Below, one piece after another: positions 9,707 through 18,025 of a DNA stretch of 64,000 bases. Both the position numbers and the translations under genes were made by a program. The stretch spans positions 32,001 to 96,000 of IMG/VR virus record IMGVR_UViG_3300036819_000087. One strand, given 5' to 3'. How positions within the stretch are numbered: the first letter of the stretch is position 1; every line of letters begins with the position of its first letter. The notes below the pieces were generated by a model. It did no database searches. It was not told the DNA's origin and saw only the letters and a program-made list of their open reading frames with translations. Source of the stretch: a virus.

Positions 9707-11383
9707 CTATGTGAGGTCGAGGGGTTCGAGGTGCCCGTCGGGGGTGAGGCGGTGGGGCTGGTCACCGGTGTGCTCGGCCCACCTGCGGGCGATCACGTCG
9801 ACGTACCGGGGTTCGAGTTCGACAGCGGCGACCCTGCGGCCGAGGTGGTGGGCGGCGATGAACTCGGGGCCGGTGCCAGCGAACGGGACGGCGATGAGGT
9901 CGCCGGGGCGGGTGCTGGTCTTGATGGTGCGGGCGATCATGTCGACGGGTTTGGGGGTGGCGTGCCCGTACCGTTCCTCCCCGGCGACCCGGCCGAACTG
10001 CCACACGTCGTGGGTGTTGTCGAACGGGGTTCGCTGTTCCCGCAACTGGGCGGCCAGCTCGCGGCGGTAGGCGTTCCCGCCGTCCTTGGCTTCGGGGAAC
10101 AGTTCGGCGAACAGTTCGTCGTAGTCGCGGGTGAACGCGCGGCCCGCGGCGGCCTCCGCAAGTGCCTCGTAGTGCTTGCGGGAGATCGGGATGAACTGGG
10201 ACTGGGAGAACCAGTGGCCGGCCATCTGGGTGCCGGTGAGGCCGTTGGCGTCCCGGTTGGTCCAGCCGACTTTGTCGCGTTGCTCGACCAGGTGGACGCG
10301 GAGCGGCTCGTAGCCTTCCCAGTATTCGTCCTTGTTCTGGTTGCCCAGGAACTGCTGGCCGCGCATGAGGAACAGGCACCGTTCGGAGGCGATCGGGTAG
10401 GAGTGGCCGTTGTTGCTGGCCATGCCGGGGGTGCTGGCTTTGTCCCAGACGATCTCGTTGCGGACCATCAGGCTGTCGTCGTCGCCGAGGCCGCCACGCC
10501 ACCACAGGCGCCACAGGTCGGGGGCGTTGCCCCAGATGTACGCGGACCCGTTGACGGCCAGGTGGTCGCGCCACACCTGCCACCAGGCCATCTGGAAGGC
10601 GTCGAGCTTGGGGCCGTACAGGTTGTCGTTGGCGATCCCGTCGGCTTCTTTGCCCATCCCGTAGGGCGGGTCGGCGTGGACCATGACCGGGGTCTGGCCG
10701 AACAGGACCTGGGCGACGTGCTCGGGGTTGGTGGAGTCTCCGCAGAGCAGGGCGTGCCGTGGCCACGCCGCGGCTTCCCACTGGTGGCCGACCGGGCAGG
10801 TGCGGGGCTGGACGTGGCCGAGGTCGCCGCCGGCCGCCCACTGGCCGCATTCGGGGCAGGCCGAGCCGAGGCCACCGAACACCAGCAGATCACCGGGGCG
10901 GGTGACCGCTTCGGGTTCGGGTTCGGGGATAGCGTCGGGTTCGGTGAGTCCCTCACCCTGGCCGCTACCGTCGTCGCCGGTGTCGGCGGCCAGGAGTGCC
11001 TGGAGGTCCTCGTCGGTCCAGCCGGTGCCCACATAGTCACCGTCGAACGACGTGAGGAGGGCGGCGAGGTCAGCGTCGTCGTAGGTGCCGAGCTCGGCGG
11101 ACCGGTTGTCGACCGCGTTGATGCGGCGAGCCTCGTCGTCGTCGCATTCGACCAGCTCGCAGCGCGCCGACGGGCGGCCGAGTCGGCCGAGCGCGTCGAA
11201 CGTGTGGTTCCCGGCCAGGATCACCAGGCCGTTGCCGGTGTCGCGGACGACCAGGGACCGGTACTGGTCGAGGCGGGCGAGGGACTCGGCGATCAGGGCG
11301 ACATCACCGCGGCGGGCGTTGCCGGGGAACCGTTCGAGCTGGCCGAGGGGCACGTCGCGGGTGTCGAGGTATTTCGCCGGCAC
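9707..11383 (-). CDS. ParB-like N-terminal domain fused to N6/N4 DNA methyltransferase
   Basis: GNARRGD...ILAGNHT (ParB); LLCGDST, DPPY, HATPKPV, PFAGTG, ELEPRYVDVI. Confidence 0.9.
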   Translation of the reverse strand: MPAKYLDTRDVPLGQLERFPGNARRGDVALIAESLARLDQYRSLVVRDTGNGLVILAGNHTFDALGRLGRPSARCELVECDDDEARRINAVDNRSAELGTYDDADLAALLTSFDGDYVGTGWTDEDLQALLAADTGDDGSGQGEGLTEPDAIPEPEPEAVTRPGDLLVFGGLGSACPECGQWAAGGDLGHVQPRTCPVGHQWEAAAWPRHALLCGDSTNPEHVAQVLFGQTPVMVHADPPYGMGKEADGIANDNLYGPKLDAFQMAWWQVWRDHLAVNGSAYIWGNAPDLWRLWWRGGLGDDDSLMVRNEIVWDKASTPGMASNNGHSYPIASERCLFLMRGQQFLGNQNKDEYWEGYEPLRVHLVEQRDKVGWTNRDANGLTGTQMAGHWFSQSQFIPISRKHYEALAEAAAGRAFTRDYDELFAELFPEAKDGGNAYRRELAAQLREQRTPFDNTHDVWQFGRVAGEERYGHATPKPVDMIARTIKTSTRPGDLIAVPFAGTGPEFIAAHHLGRRVAAVELEPRYVDVIARRWAEHTGDQPHRLTPDGHLEPLDLT

Positions 11384-11420
11384 GGGTCACCCCTATCCGG
11401 GCATATCTCGAGTGGTGGTT

Positions 11421-11666
11421 TCAGGCGGCGGCGCGGCGGTCGCGTTGCTCGGCGAGGGCGGCGGCCTTGGCCGCGTCGATCAGCCGGTACTTGGGGCGGC
11501 CGCGGCCGTCCCGGATCTCCCGGCCGCCGCCGTCGACCGCGACGGGGAGGAGTCCCCGGTCCCGCCAGTTGCAGACGGCCTGGACGCTGACGTTCCGGTC
11601 GGGTCTGGTGGCCCACGCGGCGACCTGGGAGGCGGTCAGCAGTGCCTGGAGGTCGAGGTCGGTCAC
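11421..11666 (-). CDS. MerR/excisionase-like winged HTH protein
   Basis: LLTASQVA...VQAVCNWRDRGLL...GRPKYRL. Confidence 0.7.
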   Translation of the reverse strand: MTDLDLQALLTASQVAAWATRPDRNVSVQAVCNWRDRGLLPVAVDGGGREIRDGRGRPKYRLIDAAKAAALAEQRDRRAAA

Positions 11667-11786
11667 AGGATCACCCCCGGGCATAAAAAAGCGGCCCGCG
11701 GGGCGCTGGGCTCCTGCGGGCGTAGTGATCCACTCGCGATACTACACAGTGAAGTCCCCGCCGCAAGTGTGCCGCGTTGATGCTGG

Positions 11787-12554
11787 TCATCGTGTCGGCG
11801 GTGCGGCGGCCAGGCTGTCGACGATCGCCTCGTATTCGCCGTACTTCAGGACGCGGCCGCAATTCGCGCAGGCCACGTTCTCTTCCCCCTCGACCCACAC
11901 CATGAGGCGGAGCCGGCAGAACGGGCAGCGGAGCGGTTTGGTGATTTTCCGGACGCCGGCTTTGGCTTGCCGGAACCAGGACTGATGCCAGGCGAGGACC
12001 TCCAGGCCGAACGCGGCAGCGAACGGGACCGGGCCAGCCTGCCCCGTCTCGACCGTGCCCGTGTACTGGAGGATGTCTTCGAGGTGGGTGCCGAGCCAGG
12101 CGATGACTTCGGTGGCGGCGGACGCGAGATGCCCGGACCGGGCCGGGGGCGGGGCGATCCCGAGCCGGTCGTGACAGAACAGGATCTTCCACCCGGTCAG
12201 GGTGCGGAGGAGCGCGTCGAGCTGGTCGCCGTACTCCGACGGGGACAGGGGTTCGGCGCTGCCGGAGACCCGCTCGGCGGCGTCGCTGGACGCGGTGTGG
12301 CCGTCGGCGGCGTAGCCGATCAGGGCGGCCAGCACGTCGAGTTCGGCGAGCGCTTCGCGGATACGGGACTCGTGCGGGGCGCACCACACCGGCCAGCCCC
12401 GGCGGGGTTTGGTGTCGGGGGGTTCGGGGCGGGACTGGTCCGGGTCGAGGCGGCCGTGGTCCGCGTATTCCTTGAGGGCGGCCCGGTAGGTGGCCATTTC
12501 GGCGCGGTAGTTTTTGTTGCAGGCGCCGGGGCAGATGCCGTCCTCGTAGGTCAT
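11787..12554 (-). CDS. Cys-rich phage protein (possible late regulator)
   Basis: CPGAC at N-terminus; CPFC...CANC at C-terminus; upstream of packaging genes. Confidence 0.6.
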   Translation of the reverse strand: MTYEDGICPGACNKNYRAEMATYRAALKEYADHGRLDPDQSRPEPPDTKPRRGWPVWCAPHESRIREALAELDVLAALIGYAADGHTASSDAAERVSGSAEPLSPSEYGDQLDALLRTLTGWKILFCHDRLGIAPPPARSGHLASAATEVIAWLGTHLEDILQYTGTVETGQAGPVPFAAAFGLEVLAWHQSWFRQAKAGVRKITKPLRCPFCRLRLMVWVEGEENVACANCGRVLKYGEYEAIVDSLAAAPPTR

Positions 12555-12962
12555 GCGGTTAAGCGTGGCCGGCCGCAAGAGGTGCCGCCAACCTGAACGG
12601 CCCCCGGCCCGCCGTGGCGTTCACCACAAGCGGAGCACGGGGGCCGCTACCAGGGCCGCCGGGGCCCTCCCCGGTGGAAACGGGGAGGGAACACCGGACC
12701 GGCCGGTACTACCCGGCACCCGGGGTCTCCAGTCCCAAGCACCGGGCCGGCCTGCCGGGCCCTCCCCCAGGGCAGACGGGGAGGGATCATAGGCGGGCCG
12801 TCTTAGCCGCGGCCTCTCGTAACTCGGCGGGTGCGGCGGCGTGCTTCGCGGCGGCTCATACCACGGCCACGCATCGTGCGGTAGTAGACGCGGCCGTCAG
12901 CACGGTCATCGCGGCGTGTCTGCCGATCACGGCGGTTCTTCCCGAACATGGGTTTCCTCCGT

Positions 12963-13484
12963 TTATTCTGCTGTGCTGTCGCCGGGATCGGCGGGCAGTT
13001 CGGGCCAGATGTGGCGTTCACCGCGGGGGCCGGGCGGGACCGGGCCATCACCCCACGTGAACGTCTGCCACGGGCCTGGGGTGGTGTCGGTGCGGAGCCT
13101 GTACCTGGTCGTGGTGGGGTCGTCGAACAGGTCACGGGCCGCGTCATCCGCGGCGGCGGTGAACTTCTCGAACCGCATGTCGTCGGCTGCGGCCAGGTCG
13201 AGCGGCGCGGCCCTGCGGGTCCAGACGGCGCGGACCCGGCCCTCGCCGCGGCGGTAGAACAGGACCCAGCGGCGGGGCGCCCACTGGACCTGCAACCCAT
13301 GCTTGCCGCCGTGTCCGGGGATTACCCCCCACTTGATGCGACGGTCGCGGTGGTCAAGGCGGCGCATCCGCCACGCCTCGTACAGGCCCGTGAAAGGGCC
13401 GGGGTGACGGGGTGCGACGTAACCGCGGTAGGTGACGCGCCACATTCCCATCGCGATCCGCTCGAATGTTATCGGCGATTTCAT
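12963..13484 (-). CDS. Hypothetical protein
   Basis: ATG preceded by ACAACCGAGGAG. Confidence 0.6.
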   Translation of the reverse strand: MKSPITFERIAMGMWRVTYRGYVAPRHPGPFTGLYEAWRMRRLDHRDRRIKWGVIPGHGGKHGLQVQWAPRRWVLFYRRGEGRVRAVWTRRAAPLDLAAADDMRFEKFTAAADDAARDLFDDPTTTRYRLRTDTTPGPWQTFTWGDGPVPPGPRGERHIWPELPADPGDSTAE

Positions 13485-13502
13485 TGGGTTCTCCTCGGTT
13501 GT

Positions 13503-13868
13503 TCAGAATAGCGGGTCCATTATGGCCGCCAATTCGGCGGCGCGGGTGGCTTTCGCGGTTTCGGCGTGGTGCTCTTTGTCGTAATGCAAATGGCAGCCTT
13601 GGCACATTGCGCGGAGAATTGACGCGCCCAGGACGTTTATGTCCCAGCAGGCCGGCTGGTGGTTGAGGTGGGCGGTGGTCAAGATGACCCGGTTGCCGGT
13701 GCCGTAGGCGGCGCCCTCGTGCTCGTTCGGGCAGCGGCCGGGGTGGGTGCCCCGGCCGCACTCCCCCACGCATTCGCAGCGGCCGGCGGCCCGGACGAAC
13801 CGCACCCAGTACGTGATTGCCGTCCAGTTCGGCGGGTACAGGTGGCGGTTCTCCGGGCGGATCGGCAC
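13503..13868 (-). CDS. HNH-like zinc-binding phage protein
   Basis: MPIRPENRHLYPPNW...GRCEC...LTTAHLNH...AMCQGCHLHYD. Confidence 0.75.
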   Translation of the reverse strand: MPIRPENRHLYPPNWTAITYWVRFVRAAGRCECVGECGRGTHPGRCPNEHEGAAYGTGNRVILTTAHLNHQPACWDINVLGASILRAMCQGCHLHYDKEHHAETAKATRAAELAAIMDPLF

Positions 13869-13871
13869 CGG

Positions 13872-14171
13872 TCAGCGGCCGTTCGTGCAGCGCCGCGGGC
13901 CGCTCATGATCTTCTTGCGCATGTCGTACAGGTAGCCGATGTAGCAGGTGGCGCCGAAGTCGATCACCCAGCAGACCCCCGCGCATTTCGAGCACACGCC
14001 GCGGTAGGCGGGCTGCCCTTTCCGTTTGGCCCACTTCATCTTGTGGCCGAGGCGGGTCAGGTCCTGGTGCTCGCGGACCTTCAGGCGGGTGCTGTTCCCG
14101 GTCGCGCCGACATCTTTGACAGCCTGCCGCGCCCATGTCCGCTGGACGCTTTCGTCGTCGCCGCGGGTCAT
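13872..14171 (-). CDS. Small basic GHxMxW-CxxC protein (paralog 1)
   Basis: GHKMKW...GVCSKC. Confidence 0.6.
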   Translation of the reverse strand: MTRGDDESVQRTWARQAVKDVGATGNSTRLKVREHQDLTRLGHKMKWAKRKGQPAYRGVCSKCAGVCWVIDFGATCYIGYLYDMRKKIMSGPRRCTNGR

Positions 14172-14638
14172 GGTTTCTCGGACCCGTCGAGCCAGCGGGT
14201 GTAGTCGCCGTCTTCCAGGGGGTTCTTGTCGATGTCGCGGTGGAGGAGATGCACGTTGTACCCGGTCCGGTCGAGGTCGCCGGCGGTCAGGATCGCGATC
14301 GACGGGGACCGGTGCCGGCCTGCTGTGCAGCCGACCGCGATGGTGACGGGGACACTGCTGCGGCGTTTCCGCCCGTACAGTTGGGCGGTCATGGTCCGGG
14401 CCATGCCGGCGAGGTCGGTGACCAGGTCGCGGACGCCGGGCGTGTACATGACCCGGTCCAGGATCTCCTGGTCGCGGGCCGTCAGGGCGCGGAGGGCGGG
14501 GTCGACGCCGGGGTCGTGGAACCGGTGCTGGACGTTGACGGTGATCTCCGCGTCCGCGGGGGGTGGGCCGTTCCGGTACCCGAACGAGACCAGGACGACG
14601 TGGGTGCTGTCGGGGACGAACCCGGTGGTGGTGATCAC
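14168..14638 (-). CDS. RapZ C-terminal-like domain protein
   Basis: SFGYRNGPPP...IAVGCTAGRHRS...HRDI. Confidence 0.8.
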   Translation of the reverse strand: MITTTGFVPDSTHVVLVSFGYRNGPPPADAEITVNVQHRFHDPGVDPALRALTARDQEILDRVMYTPGVRDLVTDLAGMARTMTAQLYGRKRRSSVPVTIAVGCTAGRHRSPSIAILTAGDLDRTGYNVHLLHRDIDKNPLEDGDYTRWLDGSEKP

Positions 14639-15039
14639 ACCGGCTCCTCGTCCTGCTGGCCTTCCAGCCAGCCGTTCTGGTCGGCGACCCACTCCGGGTA
14701 GGCGGGGCCGAGGAGGTCCCGGGCGACCTGGTCGGCGACGTAGTACAGGTGGAGGGGGCCGTGGTTCCCGCCGCCGGCTTCGGCCAGGTGGCCGAGGGCG
14801 CGGCCGACGCGGGCGATCAGCACGTCCGGGCCGGACTCAGCCCACCGGGTCTGCTGAACCAGGCGGACGTAGTCGAGGTACTGGGCGGTGAGGGCGAGCC
14901 GGTCGGCGACCAGCTCGGTGCGGGTCTCGGGCAGGGTGGCGCGGGCGGCCTGGTCCTGGATGTCGCGGGTGAGCCCTTCGAGGACCTCCCCGATCCGGGT
15001 CAGGTGCGGGAGCGCGGTCAGCGCGGGGGCGTCAGTCAT
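14635..15039 (-). CDS. Hypothetical protein
   Basis: ATG preceded by ACAACCGAGGGA. Confidence 0.6.
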   Translation of the reverse strand: MTDAPALTALPHLTRIGEVLEGLTRDIQDQAARATLPETRTELVADRLALTAQYLDYVRLVQQTRWAESGPDVLIARVGRALGHLAEAGGGNHGPLHLYYVADQVARDLLGPAYPEWVADQNGWLEGQQDEEPV

Positions 15040-15063
15040 GGTGTTTTCCCTCGGTTGTTGTGG

Positions 15064-15243
15064 TCACCGGGTGGTTCCGGTGTGAGCGTTGCGGCGTGCC
15101 TGGCGGATGGCGCGGCGGCCGTTCCGGCCCAGGGCCTTGCGGTGGGCACGCTCGGCTTTCCGGTCCAGCGGGCGGCGGCGGAAACGTGACTAGGCAAGGC
15201 CGGCGGCTAGCAGGGTGACCGCGGCGACGGCAGGCAGTGTCAT
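15064..15243 (-). pseudogene. Small membrane-anchored basic protein interrupted by in-frame TAG
   Basis: MTLPAVAAVTLLAAGLA*SRFRRRPLDRKAERAHRK...; perfect start motif upstream; TAG at 15190-15192. Confidence 0.55.
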
Positions 15244-15264
15244 GCTGGTGTCGCTCCTCGGTTG

Positions 15265-15933
15265 TTACGGGCGGGTAGGGGCCGGGTGGATGGTGACGAC
15301 GGCAGGGGAACCGACCGGCTCAGGTGCTCCGACAGGCGGTACTGCGGGCGGGCTGGCTGAACTGGTCACCCAGGAACCGCCGTTCTCCGCGCCCAGGACG
15401 ACGATCGCTTGCCAGGTGATGAGCCGCAGATCAGTCCCGGTGTGGATCTGGCCGCTGGCAGGGAACCACACGTAGTCGCCGGGGAGCGGGTTCATCCAGT
15501 CGTCGGACTGGTCACCGGCTCCGGTGAGCCATGGCTGGCAGGCGACCCTGCGTGTGATGCTGCCACACTCGGCCTGGACGGTCCGGCCGCTAGTAGTGAG
15601 GATTGCCAAGGTCAACGCCCCGCAGAGCGGTTTCTTGCCGCCGCGCTGGCGGCGGGGCATGGCGGTGGGGCAGTGCGCTTGGGTCGCGGCGGCGAACCCG
15701 AACTCGACGGGATCGGAGTCCAGGACCATTCCGGCGGTCATGCCAGGGTGGGGGCGGGTTGTGGGGTGGCTGTCCATGTAGTGGGTGGCCTCGGTGCGGC
15801 TCGACGTACCGGGCGGGCTCGACGTACCGGGCGGGGTGGCTGTCCATGCTTGGCGTGCGCAGGCGGTCAAGGTGCCGCCGATGGTGAGCGCAGCGGTGGC
15901 GGTAGTCAGCGCGATGACGGTTCGGGAGGTCAT
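15265..15933 (-). CDS. Putative secreted protein or lipoprotein
   Basis: Signal-like N-terminus ending LTAC (lipobox-like); start motif upstream. Confidence 0.55.
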   Translation of the reverse strand: MTSRTVIALTTATAALTIGGTLTACARQAWTATPPGTSSPPGTSSRTEATHYMDSHPTTRPHPGMTAGMVLDSDPVEFGFAAATQAHCPTAMPRRQRGGKKPLCGALTLAILTTSGRTVQAECGSITRRVACQPWLTGAGDQSDDWMNPLPGDYVWFPASGQIHTGTDLRLITWQAIVVLGAENGGSWVTSSASPPAVPPVGAPEPVGSPAVVTIHPAPTRP

Positions 15934-15971
15934 GCTGGTGGTGCTCCTCGGTTGTTTCGGGTGGTGGGGGG

Positions 15972-17207
15972 TCAGGAATTGACGGCGCGGAGGCCGCGGG
16001 CCCGCTTCACCTCCTCGATGCGGGTCTTGCCCCAGTTGCGGGAGCGGCCGGGGTGCAAGGCGGAGAGGTCCCGGTCGGTGAGTGTCTTCCGGCCGGGCGC
16101 GAGCGACGCGATGTACTCGTCGCGGGCGGCGACCGCGTCGGGGTCCATGGACATGCGGCCACGGCCCGACAGGGCCACATCCGGGTGGACCTGGTCCGGG
16201 CCAGTGGTCCGTTCTGGCTCATCTGGCCCATCATTGGGCCGGGTGTCTGGCCCATCGGCCGGCCCACCCGTGGCCCACGTTTCTGGCCCATCGGCCGGCC
16301 CCGTCTCTGGCCCATTGGGGGCCTCGTCGGGGCCGTGGGCCGGGGCCATGGTCAGGGCCATGAACGGGGCCACCGGGAGGCTGGCGGACAGGGCCACGCC
16401 GGGGGCCACCCCGGCCGGGAGCGGCGCGGCGGCGGTCAGCAGTTCATCGACCCGGCCGAGGGCACCGGTGATGCGGACACCGGTGTCGAGCTGCCACAGC
16501 AGATCCCCCGGGACGTGGTCACGCCAGCCGGTGCCGAACCGGGCGCGGAGCCGCTCGACGGCGGCGCGGCGGTCGATTTCCAGGCTGACCGCGGTCGTGT
16601 AGGAGGTGACTCCCCACATGATCATGCGGCGTTTGATGTACCAGGTGCCGGGCCGGTCGACCAGCCACCTCTGCCAGGGGATACGTTCGGCGCGGCGCCG
16701 TGACCGGTCAAGGGCGCGGGCGGCGCGGCGGGCCTCGTTCTGGCGGCGGAGCATCGCATGCCGGGCCGCCTCAACGAAGATCACCAGCAGGGCGGGCGCG
16801 AACATGCGGATGCCCATCCCCCGGTAGTCGGGCCAGCCGGCGGCGGCGTTCACGGCGACCACCCCGGCGGCGAACGTGAGGACCGCCCACCGGAGCCACC
16901 ACACCGTCCGTTCGGTGTAGACCAGGACCAGGTCCAGGCCCATCACCACGTACAGGCCACCCTGGATGCCGAGGGGGGCCAGCCACGCCAGCGCCACGTT
17001 CAGGTGGGCCGCGAGATGGGCCACCGTCTGGTAGTCGGCGGCGGTGGCGTAGGCCGCGATCGCCAGGCCACCGATGGCCAGCAGGACCCGCTGCCATGGG
17101 CCAAGAGCGGGCCGGCCTTCATGTTCTCCCATAGGGGCCATAGTGGCGTCTGGCCCAACAGGGGGCGGGGAAACACGCGGGGCGGTCATCAGGTTGGGTC
17201 CTTTCAC
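15972..17207 (-). CDS. DUF2637/Spd-like multi-pass membrane protein
   Basis: About four TM segments, RIPWQRWL...MIMWGVTSY, Pro-rich repeats, C-terminal HTH-like tail; architecture of Streptomyces plasmid spread proteins. Confidence 0.75.
   Translation of the reverse strand: MKGPNLMTAPRVSPPPVGPDATMAPMGEHEGRPALGPWQRVLLAIGGLAIAAYATAADYQTVAHLAAHLNVALAWLAPLGIQGGLYVVMGLDLVLVYTERTVWWLRWAVLTFAAGVVAVNAAAGWPDYRGMGIRMFAPALLVIFVEAARHAMLRRQNEARRAARALDRSRRRAERIPWQRWLVDRPGTWYIKRRMIMWGVTSYTTAVSLEIDRRAAVERLRARFGTGWRDHVPGDLLWQLDTGVRITGALGRVDELLTAAAPLPAGVAPGVALSASLPVAPFMALTMAPAHGPDEAPNGPETGPADGPETWATGGPADGPDTRPNDGPDEPERTTGPDQVHPDVALSGRGRMSMDPDAVAARDEYIASLAPGRKTLTDRDLSALHPGRSRNWGKTRIEEVKRARGLRAVNS
16211..16316. 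repeat. 12-bp-period degenerate repeat (CTGGCCCATC core)
   Basis: CTGGCCCAT at 16223, 16247, 16283 and 16307 with degenerate copies between. Confidence 0.75.
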
Positions 17208-17887
17208 TGGACCGGTGCGGGTTCATCGGCGAGGGCGAGGGAATCCTCGAACCACCAGCCGAACGTGGGCACGGCACCGCCGGCGGCCTGGAGCTCGTAC
17301 ACCTCGATGTAGCAGGCGGTGATGTCGTCGGGGAGCCGCAGCGCGCAGGAGTGGGCGTAGGCGACCCGGCGGATCGCGCCTTCAAGCAGGTTGATCGCCC
17401 GTTCGCATTCGGCGGCGACCCGGCGGGCTTTCTCCGCGGCCAGGGCGGCGTCTTGCATCCGCTTCTCCGCGTCGTCGTAGGCGGGTGATTCGGGGTAGGC
17501 GGCGGCCAGGTCGCGGCGGGCCCGTCTCCACGCATCGATCTGGCGGCGGAGTTCAGCGGCGGCTTCCGCCATGTCTTTGCGGGTTGCTGTTATCAGCTCT
17601 GCGCAGTGTTTCCCCTGCTGGTCGAGGAGGGTGGCGAGGTCGGCGGCGAAGTTGTCCAGTTCGGCGCGGGTCCAGTTGGGTTCTACGTCCCGGTCGTGGA
17701 GGAGGGCGGCGGCGTCGCCGGCGGTCAGGGCTAGGGCGGCGCCGGCGAGGGCGCCAAGGCCGAGGACGGCGACGTTGTTGCGGAGGGCGCGGGCGTACAT
17801 GGTGGCGGTGGTGTTACCGGCGTCGCGGATGCCTTCGATGAACCGGAAAGCTGCCGCCTCGTGCGGGCCGATCGGGTCGAACATCAC
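17204..17887 (-). CDS. Helical hypothetical protein in the transfer module
   Basis: GC3-rich Ala-rich ORF between the FtsK-like and DUF2637-like genes. Confidence 0.65.
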   Translation of the reverse strand: MMFDPIGPHEAAAFRFIEGIRDAGNTTATMYARALRNNVAVLGLGALAGAALALTAGDAAALLHDRDVEPNWTRAELDNFAADLATLLDQQGKHCAELITATRKDMAEAAAELRRQIDAWRRARRDLAAAYPESPAYDDAEKRMQDAALAAEKARRVAAECERAINLLEGAIRRVAYAHSCALRLPDDITACYIEVYELQAAGGAVPTFGWWFEDSLALADEPAPVQ

Positions 17888-17916
17888 CCCTCCCCTCCCC
17901 TACTGTCTGTGATCAC

Positions 17917-17948
17917 GATTGACCGGTCACTTGATTGACCGGTCACTT
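17917..17948. repeat. Perfect 16-bp tandem repeat GATTGACCGGTCACTT x2
   Basis: 17917-17932 and 17933-17948; internal palindrome TGACCGGTCA. Confidence 0.85.
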
Positions 17949-18025
17949 CTGGACCCCCGTATATACAGGGCAGGTGTCCGGTCACGCGGCGTGCGGGCGG
18001 GCGCGGGCGCGGTCACGCGGTTTCG

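Noticed and set aside
7573-11590. Long plus-strand ORFs (432 aa, 619 aa) opposite terL and the methylase
   Set aside because: Antisense shadows typical of high-GC DNA; no motifs. The same applies to 20524-22020, 30301-31530 and 43032-44423
15190-15192. Genome-wide TAG recoding
   Set aside because: TAG is the normal stop of WhiB, GNAT, endolysin and others
16211-17948. Repeats as a CRISPR array
   Set aside because: Units too short, no unique spacers, no cas genes
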